From positions 951,197-1,015,196 of the forward strand of contig NC_090600.1 of NCBI RefSeq assembly GCF_000497125.1: DNA of 64,000 nucleotides, given 5' to 3'. This DNA is from Spironucleus salmonicida. Taxonomy: Eukaryota. The translations under genes and the position numbers were made by a program. The notes under the pieces are model-generated. The model ran no database searches and had not been told where the DNA came from. It saw only the letters and a list, made by a program, of their open reading frames with translations. Positions 12,638 through 24,600 of the stretch are shown here, in pieces (the stretch's first letter is position 1; the number at the start of each line of letters is the position of its first letter).

Positions 12638-15600
12638 ATGAGCCTTAACCACAACTTGATTCTCAAGAAAACAACACAATCGGTATAAAATAAGCTTAAC
12701 GCTGATCTGTAGCCATAAAAGGATAAATATAAAAAGATTATTAAAAACTTTTAAATATTATAAACAAAACTAAACGAAGTAGCTATGGATAGCTTATCCG
12801 AAGATCAAACTAAAGAGCTAAAGAAATAAAACAACGAATATATAGAACCAATTTCAAAAAGATGGATTATAACTAATTTGAAAGACCTTACAATTACATA
12901 AATATACTAGACAATAAAATAAAAGCTAATATACAAAACCTTAAAAACGAAGCATTTAGATTCGACAACCAATTCATTACGTAAAGATGGTACACTGAAA
13001 AGGTTAGTTAACTAAGAGCTTAAAATATTAAATATGAACAAATGAAAACATAACTTAAAACAAGAATCCAAAAAGGATTAGAACTAAGAATGTTAAATTA
13101 GCTTAATCACGAAATAGATAAGATATCAAAGTTACAAGGTGTAGCACAAATACAAGAATTCGAAATTAGTTATGATAAATATATTAACGAAAACGATAAC
13201 ATACTTGAGACCATAGGGAAGGATTTCAAATTGGATCAGATGGATTTAAAATACATTAACTCCTTGGAATACTTTAAAAATAATTTTAACAGTAGCATAC
13301 CCTTTGAAATCATAACGGATACACCTTACCTGGGTCTATATTACAGTAAGTCTAATTATTACGACACCTATGTGGTTGCAAATATTAGTTATATTAAATA
13401 AAACGGTAACATAATTCCTATAGGATTCATAATTTAAAATTAGATGTCAAGTCTATTAGAATCAATATTTGAAGAAGTGATAAGCGACGGAGAGAAGTAT
13501 TTTAATAGAGATGTTAGCAGTACAGATGTAATGCTTTTTCAAAATATTGGTGTCATAAACATATAGGTCCTTTTTCCTGAATAAATAGTATAAAACGTAT
13601 TTAAAGATAAGGATGAGTTTTATGTATCAGAAGTAGATCCTTAATATGGCGAAGGTTATTAAATAGGATTGATATGTAGAAATGTAGGCCATGGATATTA
13701 AGGAAACGCAACACTAGAGTAAAAGTTTAAAGGGTCTATATTCTTTGTCAAAAATAATCACAACACCTGTCTATGCACGGCCATCATTGCAGTATTCACC
13801 AAGAAATCAAAAATAGTTGATAAGAAACATATCTTTTAGTTAGAAGGGACACCATATGCAATAGCCACAATAGCATTTGATGCAGGTAAGGCTTTACAAA
13901 TGTATTTAGATAAGCCCTCAGACAAAACTAAAACTAGAAACTAAAACTTATACTACTTTACGCATATGCTTATAAATGAAATCCGCAAAGATGCAGAGGG
14001 GTTAGCAGATACAGAGATACTAATAAGAGCAGAAAGGTATTTGAATATAAAAAAAGTAGCAGAAGTTAATAAAGTAAATGATTTGTATCCAAATTCAGAA
14101 ATGGAGCTTTTATTAGTTTTATGCAATGGACATTACAATGTCATAATGGATTTTAAACAATGAATAAATACAATGAACCCAATGCACAAGGCATATATTT
14201 ATTGCTATCAACACCAAAACCTATCCCATAAGAAGAACCAATGTTATGAATGCACACAAGCAGACGAAGTGGCTACTAAGTATTATTGTACGTTTTGCAA
14301 CTACAGTCATGTAAGATCAAAAAACAACAAAAGTTATTAATGTTAAAACTGTAAAATATAGCTCCATAACACACCCAATAGCAAATGCTTAGAACGACAT
14401 TAAAAGAAATGCGAGAAGTTTTCACCATGCAGTCATTGTAATACGACACACAACTCATCACGCAAATGTAAAACGTAAATTGAATATGAAGGATAGTACT
14501 TCAAATAAGGAAACCTTTATGATGAATAGAAATCATTTCTAACTCGGGATATAGAAAGCCTATTCGAGAATCTAAATGAAGATGATGATAACTATTCAAA
14601 GTATTCAATGAAGCACATCCCCTTTTTAGTAACATGGATTATAAACATATACGATAAGGAAATAAAACCATACGAAGAGATGGATCACTTTTATGATAAC
14701 GCACTTAGATTAAAAGAACCAGGCAACTACATCACTTCAACAGACGATTTGCTAATCAAATTTATAAGGCACATGGAACCAATAGCTAAGAAATATAAGA
14801 TAAAAGACTTCTATGCACACAATGCAGCAGCATATGACAAATACTTATTATTAGCAGCTATAATGAAAGTGAAAGAGCAATTCGAATTCGAAACATTGAT
14901 TTCAAACAACTACCTATTGAATTTGAAAATAAATGGAATGTCGTTTAAGGATTCATTTAGACTCATAACTTCACCATTAGCAAAACTAAATAAGGAATTG
15001 GCCCTTGGCCTTGAAGTTGGAAAACAACTATAGTCATACACGTTCTTAACAAAAGATATATTTGATTTGTATATTTAAAACGGAGGGAGTCTTAAATCAA
15101 TAAGTGAATTAGTAAAAGAAGGCATTCTATAACAGAAACACTTTGATAAGCTAAGCTTGGATGAGTTCAATTAATATGCTAGCTACTATGATCACTTAGA
15201 CTTCATTGATTAGTATATTAATTATTGTATTCAAGATAGCTCATTTTAAGCAAAGCTCTTGTGAAATGGGTAGAAGTATCACTAAAGGAATAGGGTGTCA
15301 ACAGGCTCAACTATTTAACAGCATCAGCAATGCCAATGAACCTATTCACACACCACTGCAATACAAAGATATAAATAGGTTATCACGATCTAAAACATAA
15401 CAAATCGAAATGCGAGTATCGCTTAGCACATCTAACTTTGAATGATAGTGGAATGATAAATAAACTTTTAGGAACCAAGTTTACCAAGATAACAAATGTA
15501 CTCTACAATCAACGATTCTTAGATACAAGATACAATATTGATATAGTATTCCATGGTGACACGGATGGCGCAACTAAGAAGTATGGATTAGAATTGGATG

Positions 15601-17457
15601 GAGTGTTCTATCATGGGTTAAAGGAATTAAAGCAAACATATAAGTATTATAAAGTAATGCAAGAAAGGAAGAGGCAGCATCAAACGAAGGGATTACGCTT
15701 AAAAGATAGAATGAATGAAGGAGTATTTGAAGACATCTTTCATGTAGCAGACGTTGAGTTTATTAAATTTGAATAGGACAACGATATCAAGATAGAGATA
15801 CCTCCGTAATACAACATAAGCAATAGATCGATATTACAAAGAGGAAGAACTGAATGCTACACTCATTATAGAGAAATCGATAGACCAAACGAAAAGCTGT
15901 ACGGAATTGGCTTCACATCGCTTTACCCTTCAGGCATGGTATTTGGAAACTTACCTTTAAGAGATTTGATTGTTGGAACACAAGCAGGAAGCTTAACGTA
16001 TACCAAAAGTATTGATTCAAAAGATATAGCAAAGTATACGTTTAAACTTGATTAAGCCTATATTGATAACTTAATTGAATACGTTAATAACATACCAAGA
16101 TAGATTACAGCAGAAGAAAGGCTTCAATACTACTTAGCTGGATGTGATAAGATGAAACGAGTAATATAAATCAAATGTTAGATGCTACCACCAAGGGATT
16201 TAAAGTTCCCAGTGTTAGGATGCCATATTTGTAACAAGTTGCTATTTCCCTTATGTAGAACATGCGCAGAATAGTAATGTTTGTATGTTAACAATCACAA
16301 ATCATGCAAAGACAATAATGAATAAAGATATCTAACAGGGTTTTGGCATGAAACTGAATTGATAAATACATTATACGAAGGTTATAAGTTCAGGGAGATA
16401 TACGAGACACATACTTACTAAGTATCTACTTTTAATGATAACGAATATTAAGGAGGAAACTTCATTAATTCAGAGATGTTCAACAAGACCCTGAACCCAG
16501 ATCAAGATGTTTATAAGGATGAAGATGATCTAAAGCAATTAGCAAATGATTGTGACTTTGATTATATTTATAACGATGGCATGCATCAATCAAATAAAAG
16601 AGTGAAGGTGAATATAGGTAACTTAAACTAAACCAAGGAGTAAAAACATTCTATAAACTATTGCTAAATGCAACGTATGGTAAGACAGGCTAGAATGTTG
16701 TAATACCAACGGAGTCGTTTGATAAGGGTGAATTACTTTTTGACATGCATGACGAAGAGCTGCATAAGAATTATAAAATTGAATTAATTGAATAAGTATG
16801 ATTAAGAATACTTATGCATACGAAGAAGAGTTGTAATAAACATAAAGAACCTAATCAAATGCATCCTTGGCAGGAACGATAACAGCAGTAGCAAGAACTA
16901 TGCTTAATACATTAATAAGATATGTAAATGATGAATTAAAAGAAACTGTCTTATACGCTGATACAGATTCAGTTTACTGTGTTTTAGATAGAGTAAAGTT
17001 CCCAAACCTAACTTCAGTAACCTTCAAGAATACATACTCTTGCAAATGCGAATAGAAGCTTGATCCAAATGAATGGGTTTGTATAGGTCCTAAGTCATAT
17101 ACATACACAGATGGAATCAAATACGCTCAAAAATCCAAGGGTATCACCTTAGATAAAACATATATTATTGAAGTAGAGGAAGGGAAGCTTGTTCATGTAT
17201 TCGATATTTATAAATCAATATTATTTGATTAAGTATAATTTAATGAGGATGATAGTATTTAAATGAAAGACTCAAACGCTGAGACAAAAGTAAAACAGGA
17301 GTTAAACTATATAAGAGATAATAAAACATATAACATATATACGCATACAAGATATAAAGTAATTAGATAATAGTAATAAAAGAGGCTTATTGATTTTACT
17401 TCAAGAGCTGATTAGATATCAACATTGCCTTTTGGATATGATAAAGTATATGCGTGA
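12638..17457 (+). pseudogene. Protein-primed family B DNA polymerase (Polinton type), disrupted
   Basis: Code 6 translation gives ExoI TRDIES (D at 14548), ExoII AHNAAAYD (~14815), KDSFRL, ExoIII YCIQD (15223), RGRTE (15840), motif A YGIGFTSLYPSGM (15900), LLFPLCRTCAE (~16240), motif B KLLLNATYGKTGQ (~16655), motif C YADTDS (16954), GPKSY and C-terminal TLPFGY. In-frame TGA at 14161. Frameshifts near 12870, 15240, 16640 and 16800. Confidence 0.93.
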
Positions 17458-17673
17458 TTCATGTAATCCATTTTGGATTCCGATTCACTTTAGCGAATCA
17501 CTTTAGTCGTTCATTTTTTGTATTAATAAAACAGCATTGAAAGCAAAGCTTCCCGGACGCCTTCAGTACACATGGAGTACAATATCCAATCAGACGAAAT
17601 TCAGTTTTTGATATGAAAAACAAAAAAATACTCGGACGCAACCGTCCGACCTCAGGGGGTCTAAATTGAAATA

Positions 17674-18653
17674 ATGAGTTACGGTTATTTTGGACTTATG
17701 GGTTCAGCAGGAACATGCAAGACGTCTTCGATTAATAAAATAAATTAAGTATGTTAAGATTAAAGTAAACTATCAAAGTATAATTTAGATGACTTTCATT
17801 TAAATAACTGAACTATAACTCATACGTTCTTCTTAAGTCCAACTATCGATTATGATTAAATTTATTAAAACTCAAAAAGCAAAGACAATAGAATTAATAT
17901 ACCATTTGTTGATTCGAACGGAATGACATCAAAATAAAAGTTATTAATGTTATGTTAAGAATTATAGAAAATGAAAATCATTATAAATCTATCATTGATA
18001 ATATACGATTAGATACGAACTACTTTAAAAGATAAAGGAATTAAAAAGAAATTAAAAATAGAGATCAAAAACTATTATTTCAAATTTTCAAAAACATACT
18101 TTCACAATTCGAATGGGTAAAGTAATAGTATTAATAATGTTTAGTTTTATAGAAAGACTGTTTAGGTGATGATGTTGATTAGTATATGTAATTGCTGTAT
18201 GAATAAATTGGATTGCGCTATAATAAATATTAGATACGAAGATAAAAAATAGTTTTATTATTAGATGACATGCGCGGGAGTTCAGTATTTCAAACTACTA
18301 TTGAATCTTATTTCTATAAGCTAATTATTTAAAGAAGACATCTTGGAATTTGGGCAACCATTTCATGTTTACATTCTATTAAGATACTGTATGGATCTTT
18401 TAGATAGTTGTTTACAGCTTTCTTGTTAATAAACGGTCTCAAGGAAGAACATATAAAAGATATCTTTGAGGATATCGGAAGGACAAGAAGTTAAGAATTC
18501 GAATCGAAATAGTTTATTGAATTGTATGATAGATCCATTGGTTATTTTGAAAACGACTATTCGAAGAGAGGTTAATTCAAATATAGTTTTGAATATATAA
18601 TTATTTAACCAGACCCAATGATCTTTATAAACTTTGATAAATAAGTTAAGTGA
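17674..18653 (+). pseudogene. A32/FtsK-HerA-like DNA packaging ATPase, disrupted (true start may lie ~140 bp upstream)
   Basis: Walker A-like GLMGSAGTCKTS, TFFLSPT, Walker B IVLLLDDM (~18250-18273), arginine-finger motif QRRHLGI (~18330). In-frame TGA at 17809 and at least one frameshift. Ends AAGTGA. Confidence 0.82.
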
Positions 18654-18715
18654 GTATCTGTTAATTTATCGTATATTTAAAAGCTAATGTACTCAATTTT
18701 TTTTAAGTTCAAGAA

Positions 18716-19123
18716 ATGGTAAAGTTCATAAATGTAAAACTACTGATTGAAGAAAACAAAAGAAACGATTTCGCTTTCAGCTAAGTAATAGTAAACAATG
18801 AACCCATAAAAATAACTAAGGAAACTAGTACTAAGCAGAAATTTGAAAGTAATAAAGTATATAACAAAGTTGAATAAATAAGATTGCTTAATAAAGATAA
18901 ATAAGTAATAGCTATGCTACCTGAAGAACTTGCACAATAGAACTATTATCATACTCCTGATGTACTTAGCACTAAGCCAGCCTATAGCAAGTATATAATA
19001 ATTAACAAGATTGAAACATGTCAGTTTGGTACATAGTATAAACAAATCTAATATTTATTAGATGAAAAACAAGTGAAAGCTATTTAAGCTATTGAGCCAG
19101 CTTCAAGAGAACTATATTTCTGA
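18716..19123 (+). CDS. Hypothetical protein of the viral element (MVKFINVKLLIEENKRNDF...)
   Basis: 135 codons open in code 6, preceded by a T-tract-TAA-N9-ATG motif shared with other element ORFs. The TGA may be premature. Confidence 0.55.
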
Positions 19124-19236
19124 TCCAAAAGGATTTAAGCAAAAAATAAAAACCAAATAACTATGGTCGCCTTTGGGCTTCCACTTCTTAAAGATCATAA
19201 CGTATATTTTAAAGAAACTTTTTTTAATAAACAAAA

Positions 19237-19799
19237 ATGGATCGATAAGCAATAGTTAAAGATCAAGAAACAAAACCAACTTACAAAGAAGCGATATAGG
19301 TTATGTAAAAGTAAGATAGCTTAGAAGCCTACTCAAAAGAAGTTATCAAGAGTATTGAAATACTTCCAAAAGCTCTGATGTTGAACCTCCATCTAAAGTA
19401 AACTTCAGCCAAACCAATTATAATAACATGCAATCGTCAATATTAAAGTTTGAGGATGATCGTAACAATACTAAGTTTGAACATTATAGTAAAATACTAA
19501 TAGTAATATATATTTCCTTAGAACTAACAGACAGACGGTTGTATGACATGGCTGAATAAGTTGTAGCGTTATCAGAGTAGTGTTTCAAAGGCAATAAATA
19601 GGGTGACGTTAGACTGTACATCCCGATGATTATGTTAGATACGATTCTGTAAGAGAACTAATCAACTTCATCTAAAGGATGTAAGACTTATTTATAGGAA
19701 TTAATTAATAGAGTTTTGAAAAACAATAAACGGAAGGACCTTATTAAATTAGTTGAGAATCTAGTTTACATAGTAACTAAAACGTTTACATGGTGTTGA
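19237..19799 (+). pseudogene. Hypothetical protein of the viral element (MDRQAIVKDQETKPTY...), frameshift near 19370
   Basis: Coding-like in two consecutive frames, with the same upstream T-tract motif. Confidence 0.45.
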
Positions 19800-21672
19800 A
19801 TGTGAAAGCGTTATATTTTTTAAATGTTAATTAACTATAATGAACCATATCTGAACAATTCGATTTTGCATAATGCAATCCAGCCGTCCAGCAATCTCTA
19901 GGGTGATCGCTTTCCGGCCGGATCACTTATATTAATATTCTATATTTTTAATCTTATTGTACCTTTAATCTTCCTCAACTAATCCTATTAGTAAGTAATA
20001 CATAGATAAAGTATGATATTGTATTCTAGAATTTCAAAAACGGAAAGCTATGGTTTATGGTCGCAAGACTGGCATAAAAAATGATCTGACGAGGTTGAAA
20101 TAGGAGATTGCCAGATCATACTTTTAGCATGGGTTGTTTACTACTTATGAATTGCATGTATAATCATAATATACTTTTTTAAAATTCAAAATAGAAATTT
20201 ATCTTGTAAGAATAGTTAAGAAAACATTAGAATATTAGGCTTATGTAAGGAATGTATATACTGAATAAGCAATATATTTACAATATACTTATTGCGTATG
20301 AATGTACATTAAATTATATAAAAATATTTCAAATAAAGTTTAGTAAAAATATATAGCCTCGAATTTACTTTTAACTATTACTCCTAATAAGTAATTGACA
20401 TACTTATAATTTCATTATAATCTTCCTATAAAATGTCTATTAAGTATACTTTAACAGCTTTTAATTCAGAATCGATATAGTATTAGTATACAATTAGAAA
20501 ATATTAAAGAAATTTTAAATTAAGAAATATACCGAGATACTTTTACATTAGAACATGTAAAAAACTTTAAATTATCTCTTATTCCTTTTACGTTTCCATT
20601 AGTGTAACTCTAATTTAAAGGATAAAATAACGACATTTAATAAAACATACAGAAAGAGTAATTTAATATTAGTTTCATTATTTCATAGAAATAGAATGAC
20701 TAGTATCGTATAACCCTTATAAATATTATAACTGAAATATTATCATACGAACCATATATTAGTATACAACATCGTTTACTAACTGCCTTATCTTTTATTT
20801 AGTTATTTATATAATCATATTAGTCTTTAGCTGTCTGATTTTCTCGTTAGTAAAATTAATATAACTTTTAAATAGTCTTAATTAAATGTAGTATCAAGAG
20901 TATATCACATAGTAGTTACGATAATTTTAAAATTACAATTAAATAATTATTGAAAAGGAATAAAGTAAAAATAATATGTTAGATTATATTTTTATAAGAT
21001 ATTATAGTCTATAGTTATGAAGAAGAATTAAACAACAGTAATGGTAATTTTCAACTGCAACTGTTTTGTTTGGCAAGATAATACAGATAATTTAACAAAT
21101 ATTGATTATTTCTAAATAAAAATTAATATTATTAGGGTTTTCAATATAGTTTACACTTATAATAATTCAATCTATATATTTCTTTTACTAGGAAATATCA
21201 ATATGATTTATGAGGATTGTTGTTAGCTTTTAAGCTATTGTTGATCCGATCAATGTTATTTCAGTAATAAGTAATTATCTTTTTATAATATAATATACTA
21301 TTATAATTTTTAATCCGTATAATGAGAGTACTTTACGGAAACCAATTTATTTTTATACATGTCTGCTAATAGTTATAATAATGAAAATAATTTATCTAGA
21401 TTATTTGATATTGTAGATTTTAACTTAAATACCTATTAGTCTGATGAAAATAAATATAGTATATTGAAATGTAGAAAAGTCAACTTTCGTCTCTAATCAT
21501 TAAAATATCAGGGGTATTTTTATTTAATTGTTTAAAATTTAATGTATTAGAATTATAAATCTTAAAGCATCCTCTTTTAGATAATAAAGATTATTATAAT
21601 GAATTATTACTCCATCTTCTACTATATTGCAATAAATAAAGCCTACTATACGTACAAAAATTAACATTATTT

Positions 21673-24600
21673 TCACTTAAATTGTAAAGAACTCATATTT
21701 CGTCTTATATTTGGGTCGGTGGTAATTTTATTCTAATTAATCTATTCTGATTATAGCTGAAGTTACGGTATTTCCTTATTATTTTATTTTGCAGGCAACT
21801 TAGTAATTAAAGTGTCATAATTTTTAAGGTAAAATACTTACTTATTAGAGGTAGGCGTAACAACCTACTCAGAAATTTAAACAGCAGTAGTAGGCATTAG
21901 TGATGCTGCACTTAATTATTTTTACGTGATACTTCTAGAATAGATATTAAGCTACATATCTTTTAAAAGTTAATTATGGGTCGTAGGTGCACTTTTTTAC
22001 TAATTATAATTTGTCTTGGCTGGTTTAAAAAATTCCTTGTATTGTTTTCTGGATTTAAAAAATGCTTTTACTCCAGTAATAATTTTAGATGTATCGGAAA
22101 TTTGTCTATTTCTTCTATGATCCCAATACGAACTTTATATATTGAAATGTAATAAACTTATAAAAACAATAACTAATGAGATTGCTTATAATATTATTAC
22201 AAGCAATGAAATTGTATAATTATTATCTCTTGCTGTTTTAAAATCTCCAACCGCGGTAATAAATTATGCCCATATTGCTGAGGAGATGAGGTTTATCCCG
22301 AACTCTACTGCAGAAATGTGCATCATAACGACAATATTAACAATATTGAAGAATATTTACGTAAATAAGCTGGACAGAAAAATGTCATATTCTAGAATCG
22401 ATTTTATTATCTCGCTTGGGTATGTTAGACCGACCATGCTATTTACCATAAAGGATGCCAGGGAAAGTCTCCCGATGGCACCGACCTCGCCGTATCTCCC
22501 GAGTATCAGGTCGAACAGATAGAACTGGGCACCATTTAGCAGTATTGCAATGCTGACCATGATCTGCCCTGATATGATATTCCAGCTGGAGGATTTCGAG
22601 AAATACCCTAACTGCTCTGTACCTTAAATCGCAAATAGGATCTATGCGAATATCGGCAGCATGATTGCGATGAACACCGCCAGCTTCTGCTAAGATTTGA
22701 AGCGGAAGCCAGCCAGAAATACACACATGAAGAGCGTCACGAGCGGACCGGCCAGCTTGTAGATTTGCTCGCCGAAGTCATGCACCACGTCTGACACCAC
22801 CTGGTACTGCACGAAGTGAAACGAAAGCTCTAGGAGTGCCGCCAGGATGAACAGGAAGAAATGGGATGGGAGGTTGTAGAAGAACTGCGTGTACGTCGGA
22901 ACCGCCAACAGGAAGAGCACGAGCACGAAGGGGACCATCGAGAAAATATTGACTGCGATCTACATGAAGAAGTCGTTGATGTAGACGTCCTGGATAGCGA
23001 TGATAATGGCAAGGGCCTGGGAGAGCATGACGAATATCAGGTGCGGCCCGATCCGCTTGATTTGGCGCTTGGCATAGACAACTATCTTCCGCTTCCCGGC
23101 CTTCGATAACCTGAGAATTACGATTAGGAGCACCAGCAGGAGCAAGAATGAGAGCACCGGGACGGCAATCACAAAGGTCATGTATCCGGGGGAGATCCGC
23201 TCCACCACGCACTGATCGACCACTAAGATGAACCTTGGCCCGCAGTAGTCGCACTCCGCCACGCCCATCTGGTTTCGGAAGCACACCCCAGTCGGGCTTT
23301 GCAGCAGGGGGCAACAGCAGCGCGAGAAGGCCTCGGTATGACAGTCGCAGCTTATGTACCCCTGTGTGCACTCTGAACAGACCGCTCCGCCCCAGCCTTC
23401 CTAGCACTCCCCGCAGAACAGCTAGTTGGCCGTAGCTATGCAAGTGCCGCGCAGCTAGTCATTCTCCGGTGCAGTAGCCGTGCCGCAGTTGCCTTTGATA
23501 TGCCCCAGCCCGGGCCTGCATACGAGGCACTGCTGTATGTTCATGTCGAAACTAAGACAGGGCGAATCGGCGCAAGTGACGAGGGTGGCGGTCTGGAAGC
23601 ACTCGCCTGGGAAGTTCACGGCGTGTTGCTTGCACTCTGGGCCGAAGGTGGCTTCGACCGAGCACATCGTGCAGTTGAACGACTGACGGTGCGGACCGCA
23701 CGTTGGACAGTAATAATCTCCGGAACTGTCTTTCCCGCATGCGGTAGATGACGCCTACAGGCAGTACCCACCCAGCAGCGAGAAGATGTCCTCGCACCGG
23801 AAGCAGTTGTGGGAGAGTGCGTGCCCTAGTGAGCAGGAACCACACTAAATAGAGTCGCCCGAGTAGAAGCAGCTCCCCTGGGTGCAGTCGGCGCACGGTA
23901 TCAGGCACCGGTTGACGCCGATGACGACCAGCTCGTCAGCGGGCAGTATGTTGGAGCTGGTGTAACCGGGCTGGCAGTCGTTGCACTCGCCAGAAACATC
24001 GATTTGGTACCCAAGCGAGCATGTGGTGCACAGCGGCATGGCGTAGTTGTACTGGCACTCCTGGCAAAAGCTGTCTAGCGAGTCGACCGCGTTCGTGAAG
24101 CAGACCCCAGTGGCCACGTCGTTCCGGTAGTAGCAGCTTCCCTCCCTTTCCAGTTCTGAGCACTCATCGCATGAGGGACCCGCGTACCCCTTGTAGCAGC
24201 TGCACATTACTTATCCCTGGAGGGTGAAACAGTCGCCGTTGGGGTTAGGGATCGGCGGGTAGCACTTGTTCTCGTGGAGAATGAAGCCGAGGTAACAGCT
24301 GCTGCAGAAGTACGAGGGTCCCTGGTCGTAACACTCTCCAGCGCACTCCGGAAGTACGCACCTCGCCAGACACTGCTGACCCACGAGGACCTTCCCCGGG
24401 AGGCAGGAGGCGCAAACCAGTGTTCCAGCCCCGTTGCGGTAACACCCGTCGTCGGTCACCTGCACCTAGCACGCACCACCTGCGAAGATAAATCCGTCGA
24501 TGCAGGCATCGCACTGTTAGCCTGTAAACGAGCCGACGCAGCTGGAGCACCGGACGCCGCCAGGAGTGTAGAAGCAGGTCCCCTCTGCACACGTAATGCA

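Larger units (their letters stand above)
12065..19930 (+). mobile_element. Decayed Polinton/Maverick-like (PLV-type) endogenous viral element
   Basis: Co-oriented protein-primed PolB, A32-like ATPase and unknown ORFs. Absent at the equivalent position of duplicate copy 2. Left edge is fixed by the copy comparison and lies within AGTAGTGTAGTG. Right edge is approximate. Confidence 0.85.

Noticed and set aside
12426-12641. Short basic ORF upstream of pPolB
   Set aside because: Two frames look equally plausible in this purine-rich low-complexity stretch, so no product can be supported.
14161-19123. In-frame TGA codons in element ORFs as evidence of TGA=Trp or selenocysteine recoding
   Set aside because: The element also uses TGG, ends genes with TGA, and carries frameshifts and catalytic substitutions. 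TGG-to-TGA decay is simpler.
12065-19930. Integrase, maturation protease, TIR pair and target-site duplication of a complete Maverick
   Set aside because: None was found by eye. The element appears truncated, so it is not called a complete Maverick.
19900-19945. Helitron 3' end (hairpin plus CTRR)
   Set aside because: No CTRR follows the hairpin and no Rep/helicase gene is present. The element encodes pPolB.
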